Shown here piece by piece: positions 42,142 to 50,815 of a stretch of 52,333 nucleotides of DNA. The stretch is from Clostridiales bacterium (lineage in GTDB: Bacteria; Bacillota; Clostridia; Oscillospirales; Oscillospiraceae). The translations under genes were made by a program, and so were the position numbers. Each line of letters starts with the position of its first letter. Position 1 is the first letter of the stretch. The DNA lies in the NCBI GenBank assembly GCA_020860575.1, contig JAJBUB010000079.1, positions 1 to 52,333 on the forward strand, in the 5' to 3' direction. Under the pieces are notes generated by a model. That model had not been told where the DNA came from. It saw nothing but the letters and a program-made list of their open reading frames with translations, and did not search any database.

Positions 42142-43326
42142 ATGAATGAACAGATGCTGCAATATGGACAGGCCCGGTCGGTGATCCGGGAGCTGTTTGA
42201 GTACGGCAACCGGCGGGCAGCCATGGTGGGCCGGGAGAAGGTATACGACTTCTCTCTGGGCAACCCCAGCGTGGCCCCGCCTCCCCAGGTGAACGACACC
42301 ATCCGCCGCCTGCTGGACGAGACGGACCCCTGCCTCCTCCACGGCTATACCAGCGCCCCTGGCGACCCGGTGGCCCGGGGACAGATCGCCGCATCCCTCC
42401 GGCGGCGGTTCGGGGTGGACTGCACGGCGGACCAGCTCTATCTCACCGCAGGGGCCGCCGCCGCCCTGAGCTGCTGTCTCCTGGGCCTGTGCGAGCCGGG
42501 AGACGAGGTGGTGGTCTTTGCCCCCTATTTCCCGGAGTACCAGGTGTTTATCCACACTGCCGGGGCGGTGATGAAGCTGGTTCCACCGGAGACGGAGAGC
42601 TTCCAGATCGACTTCGACGCTCTGGAGGGACTGCTGTCCCCCAAGACCCGGGCAGTGATCGTCAACTCCCCCAACAACCCCTCCGGGGCGGTGTATACCG
42701 AAGCGACGCTGAAGCGCCTGGCCGCGCTGCTGGAGGACCGGCAGAACCGGTGGGGACATCCCATTTATCTCATCAGCGACGAGCCATACCGGGAGATCGC
42801 CTTCGCCGGAGTGGAGGTACCCTATCTCCCCAAACTGTACGACAATACCCTGGTGTGCTATTCCTGGTCTAAATCCCTGTCTCTCCCTGGAGAGCGTATC
42901 GGCTACGTCTATGTCCCCGGCAGCGTGGAGGACAGTGGGGCCGTCTATGCCGCTGTGGCCGGAGCGGGCCGGGCGCTGGGCTATGTCTGCGCCCCCAGTC
43001 TGCTCCAGCGGGTGGCGGGAGCCTGCTGCGACCTGACCGCCGACCTGTCGGTGTACGAGGAAAACGCCAGGCTGCTGGTCACTGAGTTGACCAAAATGGG
43101 CTACCGCTGCCCGGTTCCCGGTGGCACCTTCTACCTCTTCCCCCAGTCTCTGGAGCCGGACGACGAGGCGTTCTCCAAAGCGGCACAGGAGCTGGATCTG
43201 CTGCTGGTGCCCGGACGGGGCTTCGGCTGTCCCGGTCATGTCCGCATTGCCTTCTGCGTGCCTACGGAGCGCATCGAGCGGTCGCTGCCGGTGTTTGCGA
43301 AGCTGGCGGAGCGGTACAGACGGTAA
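42142..43326 (+). CDS. PLP-dependent class I/II aminotransferase (aspartate aminotransferase-like)
   Basis: NSPNNPSG, SDEPY, SWSKSLSLPGERIG. Confidence 0.92.
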   Translation: MNEQMLQYGQARSVIRELFEYGNRRAAMVGREKVYDFSLGNPSVAPPPQVNDTIRRLLDETDPCLLHGYTSAPGDPVARGQIAASLRRRFGVDCTADQLYLTAGAAAALSCCLLGLCEPGDEVVVFAPYFPEYQVFIHTAGAVMKLVPPETESFQIDFDALEGLLSPKTRAVIVNSPNNPSGAVYTEATLKRLAALLEDRQNRWGHPIYLISDEPYREIAFAGVEVPYLPKLYDNTLVCYSWSKSLSLPGERIGYVYVPGSVEDSGAVYAAVAGAGRALGYVCAPSLLQRVAGACCDLTADLSVYEENARLLVTELTKMGYRCPVPGGTFYLFPQSLEPDDEAFSKAAQELDLLLVPGRGFGCPGHVRIAFCVPTERIERSLPVFAKLAERYRR

Positions 43327-43341
43327 AGGAGAGAGCGGCTC

Positions 43342-43797
43342 ATGCGGATACTGGCCATCGACTACGGCGACGCCCGGACAGGGATCGCCATCTCCGACCC
43401 CCTGGGGATGCTGGCGGGGTACACCACCGTCATCCACAGCCGGGACCAGGACCGGGTGGTGGAGGAGCTGAAAGCGCTCATCCGGGACCATCAGGTAGAG
43501 GAATTGGTGCTGGGCCTGCCGAAAAATATGAACGCCACCCTTGGGGACCGGGCGGAGAAGAGCGAGGCGCTGGCCCGGCGGCTGCGGGAGGAAACGGGTC
43601 TTCCCGTCACCCTCTGGGACGAGCGGCGGACCACGGTGGACGCCCACCGCATCCTGTCGGAGAACGGGCGGCACGGAAAGAAACGGAAAAATACGGTGGA
43701 CGCTGTGGCGGCCTCCCTCATCCTGGAGGGATTTCTCACCTATCGGCGGCTCCACCCCCTGGAGAAGGAGGGAGACGGCGATGTTTCTGGACTCTGA
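43342..43797 (+). CDS. ruvX: YqgF/RuvX pre-16S rRNA nuclease (Holliday-junction-resolvase fold)
   Basis: LAIDYGDARTGIAISD, WDERRTT, VDAVAASLIL. Confidence 0.93.
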   Translation: MRILAIDYGDARTGIAISDPLGMLAGYTTVIHSRDQDRVVEELKALIRDHQVEELVLGLPKNMNATLGDRAEKSEALARRLREETGLPVTLWDERRTTVDAHRILSENGRHGKKRKNTVDAVAASLILEGFLTYRRLHPLEKEGDGDVSGL

Positions 43798-44086
43798 CGA
43801 GAAGCGGGTGCTCATCCCGGTGGAAAACGAGGACGGCAGCGAGACGGTGTACGAGCTGGATGATCTGGTGGAGGCACTGGGCGACACCTTTGGGATTTTC
43901 CTCCCCACGAAGGGGGAAGAGGGCGACGCTGTGGTACTCCGCCTGGTGGGCGACGACGAGGAAAAGGCGGAGAGCTATGAGTCCGTGGAGGACGAGTCGC
44001 TGGAGCAGACTGCCTTCGACCTATATCGCGCCAAATGCCTGACCCTGGACGACACGGACGGAGGCCTTTGGGACTTGATCGTATGA
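43781..44086 (+). CDS. DUF1292-family protein
   Basis: Small acidic protein (ENEDGSE) overlapping ruvX, the usual ruvX-DUF1292 arrangement. Confidence 0.72.
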   Translation: MFLDSDEKRVLIPVENEDGSETVYELDDLVEALGDTFGIFLPTKGEEGDAVVLRLVGDDEEKAESYESVEDESLEQTAFDLYRAKCLTLDDTDGGLWDLIV

Positions 44087-44251
44087 TGAACGGGCAGGAA
44101 TATTGCCCCGAATGGCTGCCGCCCCATTTGCCACAGGCGAATGGGACGGCAGCGTCTGCGTCAGATCGTTCGGGTCCGACAGAATTTGGAAAAGAAGACG
44201 AAAAAGAGAACGCGGTCAAAGGAGTTTTTCGGAAAAATTACAAAAAATTGA

Positions 44252-44280
44252 TTGATTCTTCCGGGCAACTTCGCTATAAT
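44252..44280 (+). promoter_or_regulatory. ppdK promoter
   Basis: TTGATT-17 bp-TATAAT. Confidence 0.65.
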
Positions 44281-44367
44281 ACATAGTGTGCAGGAAATGA
44301 TTCACCACACGCAGCCGTTCGGGGTCCCGGACGGCTGAAAACAACGACTGATTAAAGGAGAGTGCTT

Positions 44368-46995
44368 ATGAGCAAGAAGTATGTTTACCTCTTCCATGAG
44401 GGCAACAAGGATATGCGGGAGCTGCTGGGCGGCAAGGGCGCCAACCTGGCAGAGATGACCAATGCGGGAATGCCGGTTCCCAAGGGCTTCACCGTAACCA
44501 CCGAGGCCTGCACTCAGTACTATGAGGACGGCCGCAAGATCAACGACGATATCCAGGCGGAGATCCTGAAAAACCTTGCCATCCTGGAGGATGAGAACGG
44601 CAAGAAGTTCGGCGATCCCGAGAATCCCCTGCTGGTGTCCGTCCGTTCCGGCGCCCGGGCCTCCATGCCCGGCATGATGGACACCATCCTGAACCTGGGC
44701 ATCAACGACACCGTGGCCGAGGGCCTGGTGAAGCTGACCAACAACCCCCGCTTTGTCTACGATTCCTACCGTCGGTTCATCCAGATGTTCTCCGACGTGG
44801 TCATGGAGCTGCCCAAGCGGAACTTTGAGGACATCATCGACCAGGTAAAGGAGCAGAAGGGCGTCCAGCTGGACTCTGAGCTGGAGACCGAGGATATGCA
44901 AAACCTGGTCAGCCAGTTCAAGGCCTTCTATCTGGAGCGCATGGGCGAGGAGTTCCCCCAGGACCCCAAAATCCAGCTCATGGAGGCCGTCCGGGCCGTG
45001 TTCCGCAGCTGGGACAACCCCCGCGCCCAGGTCTATCGCGCCATGAACGACATCCCCGCCGACTGGGGCACCGCCGTCAACGTCCAGACCATGGTCTTTG
45101 GCAACTGGGGCGACGACTCCGGCACCGGCGTCGCCTTCACCCGTAACCCCACCACCGGCGAGAAGGAGCTGTACGGCGACTTCCTGATGAACGCCCAGGG
45201 CGAGGACGTGGTGGCCGGTATCCGCCGCACCTCCGACATCTCCGAGCTGAAAAAGGTCAACCCCGCCGTCTATGAGCAGTTCGTGGACATCGCCACTCGG
45301 CTGGAGAACCACTACCGGGATATGCAGGACATGGAGTTCACCATCGAGCGTGGCCACCTTTATATGCTCCAGACCCGGAACGGCAAGCGCACCCCCGGCG
45401 CGGCTCTGAAGATCGCCGTCGACCTGGTGAAGGAGGGCATGATCTCTGAGCAGGAGGCTCTGCTCATGCTGGAGCCCAACAGCCTGGACGCCGTCCTTCA
45501 CGACAACTTCACCAAGGGGGCCCTGGCCTCCGCCACTCCCATCGCTACCGGCGTGCCCGCCTCTCCCGGAGCAGGCTGCGGCGCCGTGTACTTCACCGCT
45601 GAGGACTGCGAGGCCCACTCCGCCGAGATGCCCGTCCTCCTGGTCCGCCAGGAGACCTCCACCGAGGACATCGTGGGCATGCAGGTCTCCCAGGGTATTC
45701 TGACCGCCCGTGGCGGCCGCGCCTCTCACGCCGCCGTGGTGGCCCGTGGTATGGGCCGCAGCTGCGTGGCCGGCGTCGCCTCCCTCATCGTGGACGAGGA
45801 GGCCAAGGTGGCCACTCTCGCCGGTCATGAGATCCACGAGGGCGACTTTATCTCCATCGACGGCAGCACCGGCAACGTCTATCTGGGCAAGCTGGCCACC
45901 GAGGAGGCCACCATCTCCGGTGACTTCGCCACCATCATGGAGTGGGCAGACAAGTACCGTCAGATGGACGTCCGTGCCAACGCGGACAACCCCCACGACG
46001 CAGGCGTAGCGCTGAACTTTGGCGCTCAGGGCGTGGGCCTGACCCGTACCGAGCATATGTTCTTCGCTGAGGACCGTATCCCCGCCGTCCGTGAGATGAT
46101 CGTCGCCACCACCGTGGAGCAGCGGAAGAAGGCTTTGGCCAAGATCCTGCCCATGCAGCGGGGCGACTTCGAGGGCATCTTCAAGGCCATGAAGGGCCTG
46201 CCCGTCACCATCCGTCTGCTGGATCCCCCTCTGCACGAGTTCCTGCCCCAGGAGGACGAGGACATCGCCGCCCTGGCCAAGGAAATGGGCATGACCTTCA
46301 CCGAACTGAAGAACGTGGTCGTCAGCCTCCAGGAGGTCAACCCCATGATGGGTCTCCGCGGCTGCCGTCTGCCCATCCAGTACCCTGAGATCGCTGAGAT
46401 GCAGACCCAGGCCATCATCGAGGCCGCCCTCAACGTCTACAAGGAGACCGGCATGAAGGTCATCCCGGAGATCATGGTCCCCCTGGCGGCCTCCAAGAGC
46501 GAGCTGACCTACGTCAAGGGCCTCATCTCCGGCGTGGCCGACCCGCTGATCGCCGCCGCCGGCGTGGATCTGCCCTATGAGGTGGGTACCATGATCGAGC
46601 TGCCCCGTGCCGCTCTGGCCGCCGACCGTATCGCCGAGGAGGCGGAGTTCTTCTGCTTCGGCACCAACGACCTGACCCAGATGACCTGGGGCTTCTCCCG
46701 TGACGACTCCGGCAAGTTCCTGGGCACCTATCTGGACCGGAAGATCATCGAGCACGACCCGTTCCAGCGGCTGGACCGCCGTGGCGTGGGCCGCCTGATG
46801 AAGATCGCCGTGGACTATGGCCGTCAGGTCCGCCCGAATATGCACATCGGCATCTGCGGTGAGCACGGCGGAGACCCCGTCTCCATCGAGTTCTGCCATG
46901 ACATCGGCCTGAGCTATGTCTCCTGTAGCCCCTTCCGGGTGCCCATCGCCCGGCTGGCCGCTGCCCAGGCTGCCATCAAGAACCCCCGCAAGTAA
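44368..46995 (+). CDS. ppdK: Pyruvate, phosphate dikinase
   Basis: LLGGKGANL, SVRSGARASMPGMMDT, phospho-His motif SHAAVVAR, GICGEHGG, C-terminal VPIARLAAAQAA. Confidence 0.97.
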   Translation: MSKKYVYLFHEGNKDMRELLGGKGANLAEMTNAGMPVPKGFTVTTEACTQYYEDGRKINDDIQAEILKNLAILEDENGKKFGDPENPLLVSVRSGARASMPGMMDTILNLGINDTVAEGLVKLTNNPRFVYDSYRRFIQMFSDVVMELPKRNFEDIIDQVKEQKGVQLDSELETEDMQNLVSQFKAFYLERMGEEFPQDPKIQLMEAVRAVFRSWDNPRAQVYRAMNDIPADWGTAVNVQTMVFGNWGDDSGTGVAFTRNPTTGEKELYGDFLMNAQGEDVVAGIRRTSDISELKKVNPAVYEQFVDIATRLENHYRDMQDMEFTIERGHLYMLQTRNGKRTPGAALKIAVDLVKEGMISEQEALLMLEPNSLDAVLHDNFTKGALASATPIATGVPASPGAGCGAVYFTAEDCEAHSAEMPVLLVRQETSTEDIVGMQVSQGILTARGGRASHAAVVARGMGRSCVAGVASLIVDEEAKVATLAGHEIHEGDFISIDGSTGNVYLGKLATEEATISGDFATIMEWADKYRQMDVRANADNPHDAGVALNFGAQGVGLTRTEHMFFAEDRIPAVREMIVATTVEQRKKALAKILPMQRGDFEGIFKAMKGLPVTIRLLDPPLHEFLPQEDEDIAALAKEMGMTFTELKNVVVSLQEVNPMMGLRGCRLPIQYPEIAEMQTQAIIEAALNVYKETGMKVIPEIMVPLAASKSELTYVKGLISGVADPLIAAAGVDLPYEVGTMIELPRAALAADRIAEEAEFFCFGTNDLTQMTWGFSRDDSGKFLGTYLDRKIIEHDPFQRLDRRGVGRLMKIAVDYGRQVRPNMHIGICGEHGGDPVSIEFCHDIGLSYVSCSPFRVPIARLAAAQAAIKNPRK

Positions 46996-47004
46996 GTATC
47001 TGAC

Positions 47005-47101
47005 TGTTAAGGGGTAATGCTCTTTATTAACCAAAGGGCAAAATTTAATATCAAAATTAGACCTTGTGGAAGAAATTCTGCAAGGTCTTTTTTTAACCAA
47101 A
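47005..47101 (+). repeat. Putative transposon end with TnsB-binding repeats
   Basis: TGT start; TTTATTAACCAAA (47023), TTTAATATCAAAA (47044), TTTTTTAACCAAA (47089); candidate 5-bp TSD CTGAC (47000-47004). Confidence 0.55.
47059..47094 (+). terminator. Intrinsic terminator inside the element end
   Basis: AGACCTTGTGGAA-GAAA-TTCTGCAAGGTCT followed by T6. Confidence 0.8.
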
Positions 47102-47128
47102 ACCATAGAGAAAAGCCTTGAATTTGCG

Positions 47129-47394
47129 GACTTTGCGCAATAAAATACTATTTTTATCGCCTTTTATTCCTTCCCTTGTGGTTGATAAAGAAAATCGCAT
47201 CGGACTTGATAAAAGGAATTGCCCAATAACATAGTGAAATCCCAAAAGTATGTTTTTGGGGAATGGATTCTGTATGTAAATGCGGTAAATGCTCACACAA
47301 TTAAGCCTTTTTCGCAGTTTTACATTCCCAAAATCATTGTTTTCGGGAGATTGACTTCGTTTTTGGGACAGTTTTGGGAGATTGCCGCAAAGTC
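47129..47394. repeat. Palindrome/repeat cluster upstream of tnsA
   Basis: Two 23-bp imperfect palindromes (47240-47262, 47326-47348; 18/23 identical), extra TTTTGGGA half-sites (47361, 47372), outer inverted repeat 47129-47141/47381-47394. Confidence 0.6.
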
Positions 47395-47408
47395 AGGAAG
47401 GATAGTTT

Positions 47409-47756
47409 ATGGTCAAAAAGAACTATAAGGGCAGATGCGTAAAAAAGTCTGTCAGCAAATCGAAAGCAGTTTGCAGAACCTACAGCGATATTCAGCTTTC
47501 ATTCCTGGATATGCTGGAGAACTGTTCGGAGGTTGCGGAGATTTGGTGTAATGTTCCGCTCGATGGGCTAGAAATAGGCGAATACAGTACAGATTTCGTT
47601 TGTGTCAAATCTGACGGTGATTTAATGGTACGGGAGTGCGTCAATAGAAAACTGTTGTTAAAGCCTATGACTGTAAGACTGTTAGATGCATCTTTAGAGT
47701 ATTGGAGGAAACGAGGGATTCAAGATTGGGGGTTGGTTATAGATGCAGAAAAATGA
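47409..47756 (+). CDS. tnsA: Minimal TnsA-like protein (N-terminal endonuclease fold only)
   Basis: SDIQ...LE...V.EI...PL...STDF...YW...W pattern of the TnsA N-terminal domain; first gene of the tns operon. Confidence 0.78.
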   Translation: MVKKNYKGRCVKKSVSKSKAVCRTYSDIQLSFLDMLENCSEVAEIWCNVPLDGLEIGEYSTDFVCVKSDGDLMVRECVNRKLLLKPMTVRLLDASLEYWRKRGIQDWGLVIDAEK

Positions 47757-49575
47757 ATTGTTGCAAGGAGAAGATACAATTATCCGTGTTTTAGGCATTT
47801 CTGAAGGAAACATCCTAATTGTGGATTGTTTGAAAAGAAGTGTTCCACGGTGGTTGCAAGAATCAGCACTTGCTTGCTATGAAGAATGCAATGAGGCTAC
47901 CTTGTCGAAACAAACAGGAATTGTCCCGCTCTCTATTGAAAATTTAGATGCAAAGAGTCGCAGCTATGCCTATAAACGCTTCTCAATGATTGCCGGAATA
48001 TTGCCGTTTATTGGCATTGAAAAAGAGCGCTGTATGGCTGTAAATAAGATGGCGGAGTATTTCAAGGTCAGCAATCAGACCATCAAGTATCTGCTGTGGC
48101 TGTACCTAGTTTACCAAAATGTCAGCGTACTTGCTCCAAAGCAATGCATCCATGAAAGAGAATTAACAGCGGATGAAAAGAATATGAGATGGGCACTCAA
48201 TAAATTTTTCTATACACAGCATAAGAACAGTTTGCAAACTGCCTACACCTATATGCTTAAAGAAAGGTATTGTGACTCTACTGGCGTTCTGTTGCAGGAA
48301 TACCCGACAATACACCAGTTCCGATATTTCTATAGGAAAAATCGGAAAAAGCAAACTTATTTCATTGCCAGGTCGGGTGTAAAAGATTATGAAAAGAACC
48401 ACAGGCCGCTATTAGGTGATGGTATTCAGGAATTTGCTCCCCATATAGGCATTGCAATGCTAGATGCAACTGTCTGTGATATTTACCTCGTCAACGAAGC
48501 CGGAAGCCTGGTTGGTAGACCAATTCTTGTGCTTGCTGTTGACGGCTATAGTAGTATGGTTTGCGGTTATTCCCTGCTGTGGGAGGGCGGTGTTTACAGT
48601 CTTAGAGGGTTGATGTTAAACATCATAGCTGATAAGGTGGAACATTGCAAAAGGTTCGGTATTCGTATCAATAAGTCTGATTGGAACTGCGATAAGCTCC
48701 CTGCCGTGTTAGTGACAGATATGGGAAACGAATATGTATCGGCAACTTTTGAGCAATTATCAGAATTAGGCGTTACGCTGGTTAATCTTCCCGCCTATCG
48801 TCCAGACCTAAAAGGCAATGTCGAAAAGGCGTTTGACTTGATACAGGGATATTTTAAGCCATACTTGATGGGCAAAGGATTGATTGAACCAGACTTTCGG
48901 GAAAGAGGCAGTCATGATTACAGGAAGGATGCTTGCTTGACCTTAAAGCAGTTTGAGGCGATATTGCTCCGCTGCATTGTTTACTACAACACAAGCAGAA
49001 CCATAGAAAACTTTCCATACACAGAAAACATGGTGCAGGAAGGTATAAAGCCGCTTGCCTCTGCCATTTGGAACTACGGATTAGCGCAGGACAGCGCCGA
49101 CTTAATATCTGTTACAAGTCACGAGATTATTTTGACTTTATTACCAAGAACAGAAGGAAGATTTAGCCGCAATGGGTTAAAAGTCAATGGTATGCGATAT
49201 AAGGACGAGGGATTCACAGAAAAATATCTCTCTGGCGGCACGGCTACAGTTGCCTATAATCCAGATGATGTATCATATGTGTGGCTAATTGATAATGGCA
49301 CGTATACCCGTTTTGAACTAATTGAGAGCCGTTTTAAGGGCATGGATTTGACGGAAGTAGAAACTCTTAGAGGCAAACAGAAAAGCCTTGTAAAAGCCAC
49401 GGAAAGGGCAAATATGCAAGCTAAAATAGATTTGGCAAGCCATATTGATGCTATTGTTTCTACTGCGGCCACGGGTGGAGATGTTGATATAAAAGGTGTG
49501 CGCAAAAGCCGTCAAAGAGAGCGAAGCAAAAACCACGTCGATTATGTGCAGAAGGGTGGTGTTAAGAATGCTTGA
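47743..49575 (+). CDS. tnsB: TnsB DDE transposase (Mu-like)
   Basis: LDAT..D, GRP...VDGYS, TDMGNEY, KGNVE (D-D-E); C-terminal AYNPDD Mu-like domain. Confidence 0.92.
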   Translation: MQKNELLQGEDTIIRVLGISEGNILIVDCLKRSVPRWLQESALACYEECNEATLSKQTGIVPLSIENLDAKSRSYAYKRFSMIAGILPFIGIEKERCMAVNKMAEYFKVSNQTIKYLLWLYLVYQNVSVLAPKQCIHERELTADEKNMRWALNKFFYTQHKNSLQTAYTYMLKERYCDSTGVLLQEYPTIHQFRYFYRKNRKKQTYFIARSGVKDYEKNHRPLLGDGIQEFAPHIGIAMLDATVCDIYLVNEAGSLVGRPILVLAVDGYSSMVCGYSLLWEGGVYSLRGLMLNIIADKVEHCKRFGIRINKSDWNCDKLPAVLVTDMGNEYVSATFEQLSELGVTLVNLPAYRPDLKGNVEKAFDLIQGYFKPYLMGKGLIEPDFRERGSHDYRKDACLTLKQFEAILLRCIVYYNTSRTIENFPYTENMVQEGIKPLASAIWNYGLAQDSADLISVTSHEIILTLLPRTEGRFSRNGLKVNGMRYKDEGFTEKYLSGGTATVAYNPDDVSYVWLIDNGTYTRFELIESRFKGMDLTEVETLRGKQKSLVKATERANMQAKIDLASHIDAIVSTAATGGDVDIKGVRKSRQRERSKNHVDYVQKGGVKNA

Positions 49576-50815
49576 TAAAAGAAACATTTTGTTCTCTTTA
49601 CCGAAAATGAAAACTGGAAAGGAGCTTGTTTCTGCTATGGAGGTATTGCCCGCCTATGAGGAATCTATCAGAAATGAATGCCAGGCAAACCGTTTAATAG
49701 CGTTGGCAGACCTTTATCAGATTTACATTCCCTCTCAAATGTCATTAGAAATTTACAGTAAACTATATCTTGCGTTGCTCCGCAGTTTACAAAAAAAGCA
49801 AAGTAAAGTTGTGGTTCAGCAATACTATGAAAACCACAAAGCTACTTTGTGTATGGAGTATAGCGGTGTTATGGGTGGTGCTGACAGCTTCACGATTTTT
49901 GGCGCAAGCGGAATTGGAAAATCCTCTGCTATAACCAGAGCCATTCAAATTATCACAGAAAATCCAGTGATAGAAGCGGAGAAGCCGTACACAAGAATTA
50001 TTCCATGCGTGGTGGTGCAATGCCCCTTTGATTGCTCAGTCAAAGGGCTGTTACTAGAAATTCTCCGCAAGGTAGATGAGGTTTTACAGAGCAGCTACTA
50101 CACGTCTGCCACTAAATCCAGAAATACAACTACTGATACCTTGATAGGCTTGATAAGTAGCATTGCAATAAACCATATCGGGCTGCTAGTTATTGACGAG
50201 ATTCAAAATGTTGCTGTCTCTAAAAACGGAAAAAATCTTGTCGGGATGCTGATGCAGCTAATCAATAACTCTGGTATTTCCATCTGCATGGTGGGAACCC
50301 CTGAATGCACGGTGTTTTTTGAATCTGCCATGCAGCTTGCGAGACGGTCTTTGGGATTGCATTATGGAGCTATGGAATATGGAGCAGAATTTATTGGTAT
50401 CTGCAAGGTGCTATATTCCTACCAGTATGTACAGCAGCAGACAGAGATAACCGATGCGGTGATAGAGTGGCTTTTTGAACATAGCAGCGGCATAGTCTCT
50501 ATTGTGGTTTCGCTGATACACGATGCACAGGAAATAGCAATTCTCAATGGAACAGAGATTTTGGATTTAGAAGCACTCAATGAAGCCTACCAAAAGCGGT
50601 TGGAAATGCTGCATGGTTATATTCAGCCGACAATCAAACAGAAGCAACGGACAACAATTAGACAGTCATGGAATGCAGCTTATAACCGTGAACCTGCTAC
50701 TGATATTGAAGTGGGCGTAAAGATAGCTGACTTGGCGGCAATGGCAAAATCAAATGGTGAAAACATGGTTGATTTGTTAAAAGAGTATTTTTCTATCGAG
50801 GAGGTTACTGTATGA
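49568..50815 (+). CDS. tnsC: TnsC AAA+ ATPase
   Basis: Walker A GASGIGKS, VQCPFDCSVK, Walker B LLVIDEIQN, VGTP, QLARR; ATG at 49568 overlaps the tnsB stop. Confidence 0.93.
   Translation: MLDKRNILFSLPKMKTGKELVSAMEVLPAYEESIRNECQANRLIALADLYQIYIPSQMSLEIYSKLYLALLRSLQKKQSKVVVQQYYENHKATLCMEYSGVMGGADSFTIFGASGIGKSSAITRAIQIITENPVIEAEKPYTRIIPCVVVQCPFDCSVKGLLLEILRKVDEVLQSSYYTSATKSRNTTTDTLIGLISSIAINHIGLLVIDEIQNVAVSKNGKNLVGMLMQLINNSGISICMVGTPECTVFFESAMQLARRSLGLHYGAMEYGAEFIGICKVLYSYQYVQQQTEITDAVIEWLFEHSSGIVSIVVSLIHDAQEIAILNGTEILDLEALNEAYQKRLEMLHGYIQPTIKQKQRTTIRQSWNAAYNREPATDIEVGVKIADLAAMAKSNGENMVDLLKEYFSIEEVTV

Noticed and set aside
40951-43908. 985-aa minus-strand ORF
   Set aside because: Shadow of several well-supported plus-strand genes.
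44302-47106. 934-aa minus-strand ORF
   Set aside because: Antisense shadow of ppdK caused by high GC3 codon bias; no recognisable motifs, and it crosses the transposon boundary.
47240-47384. Repeats upstream of tnsA read as a mini-CRISPR array or homing spacer
   Set aside because: Only two degenerate 23-bp units with a 63-bp gap, no cas genes in the window, and no visible match to the ppdK target.
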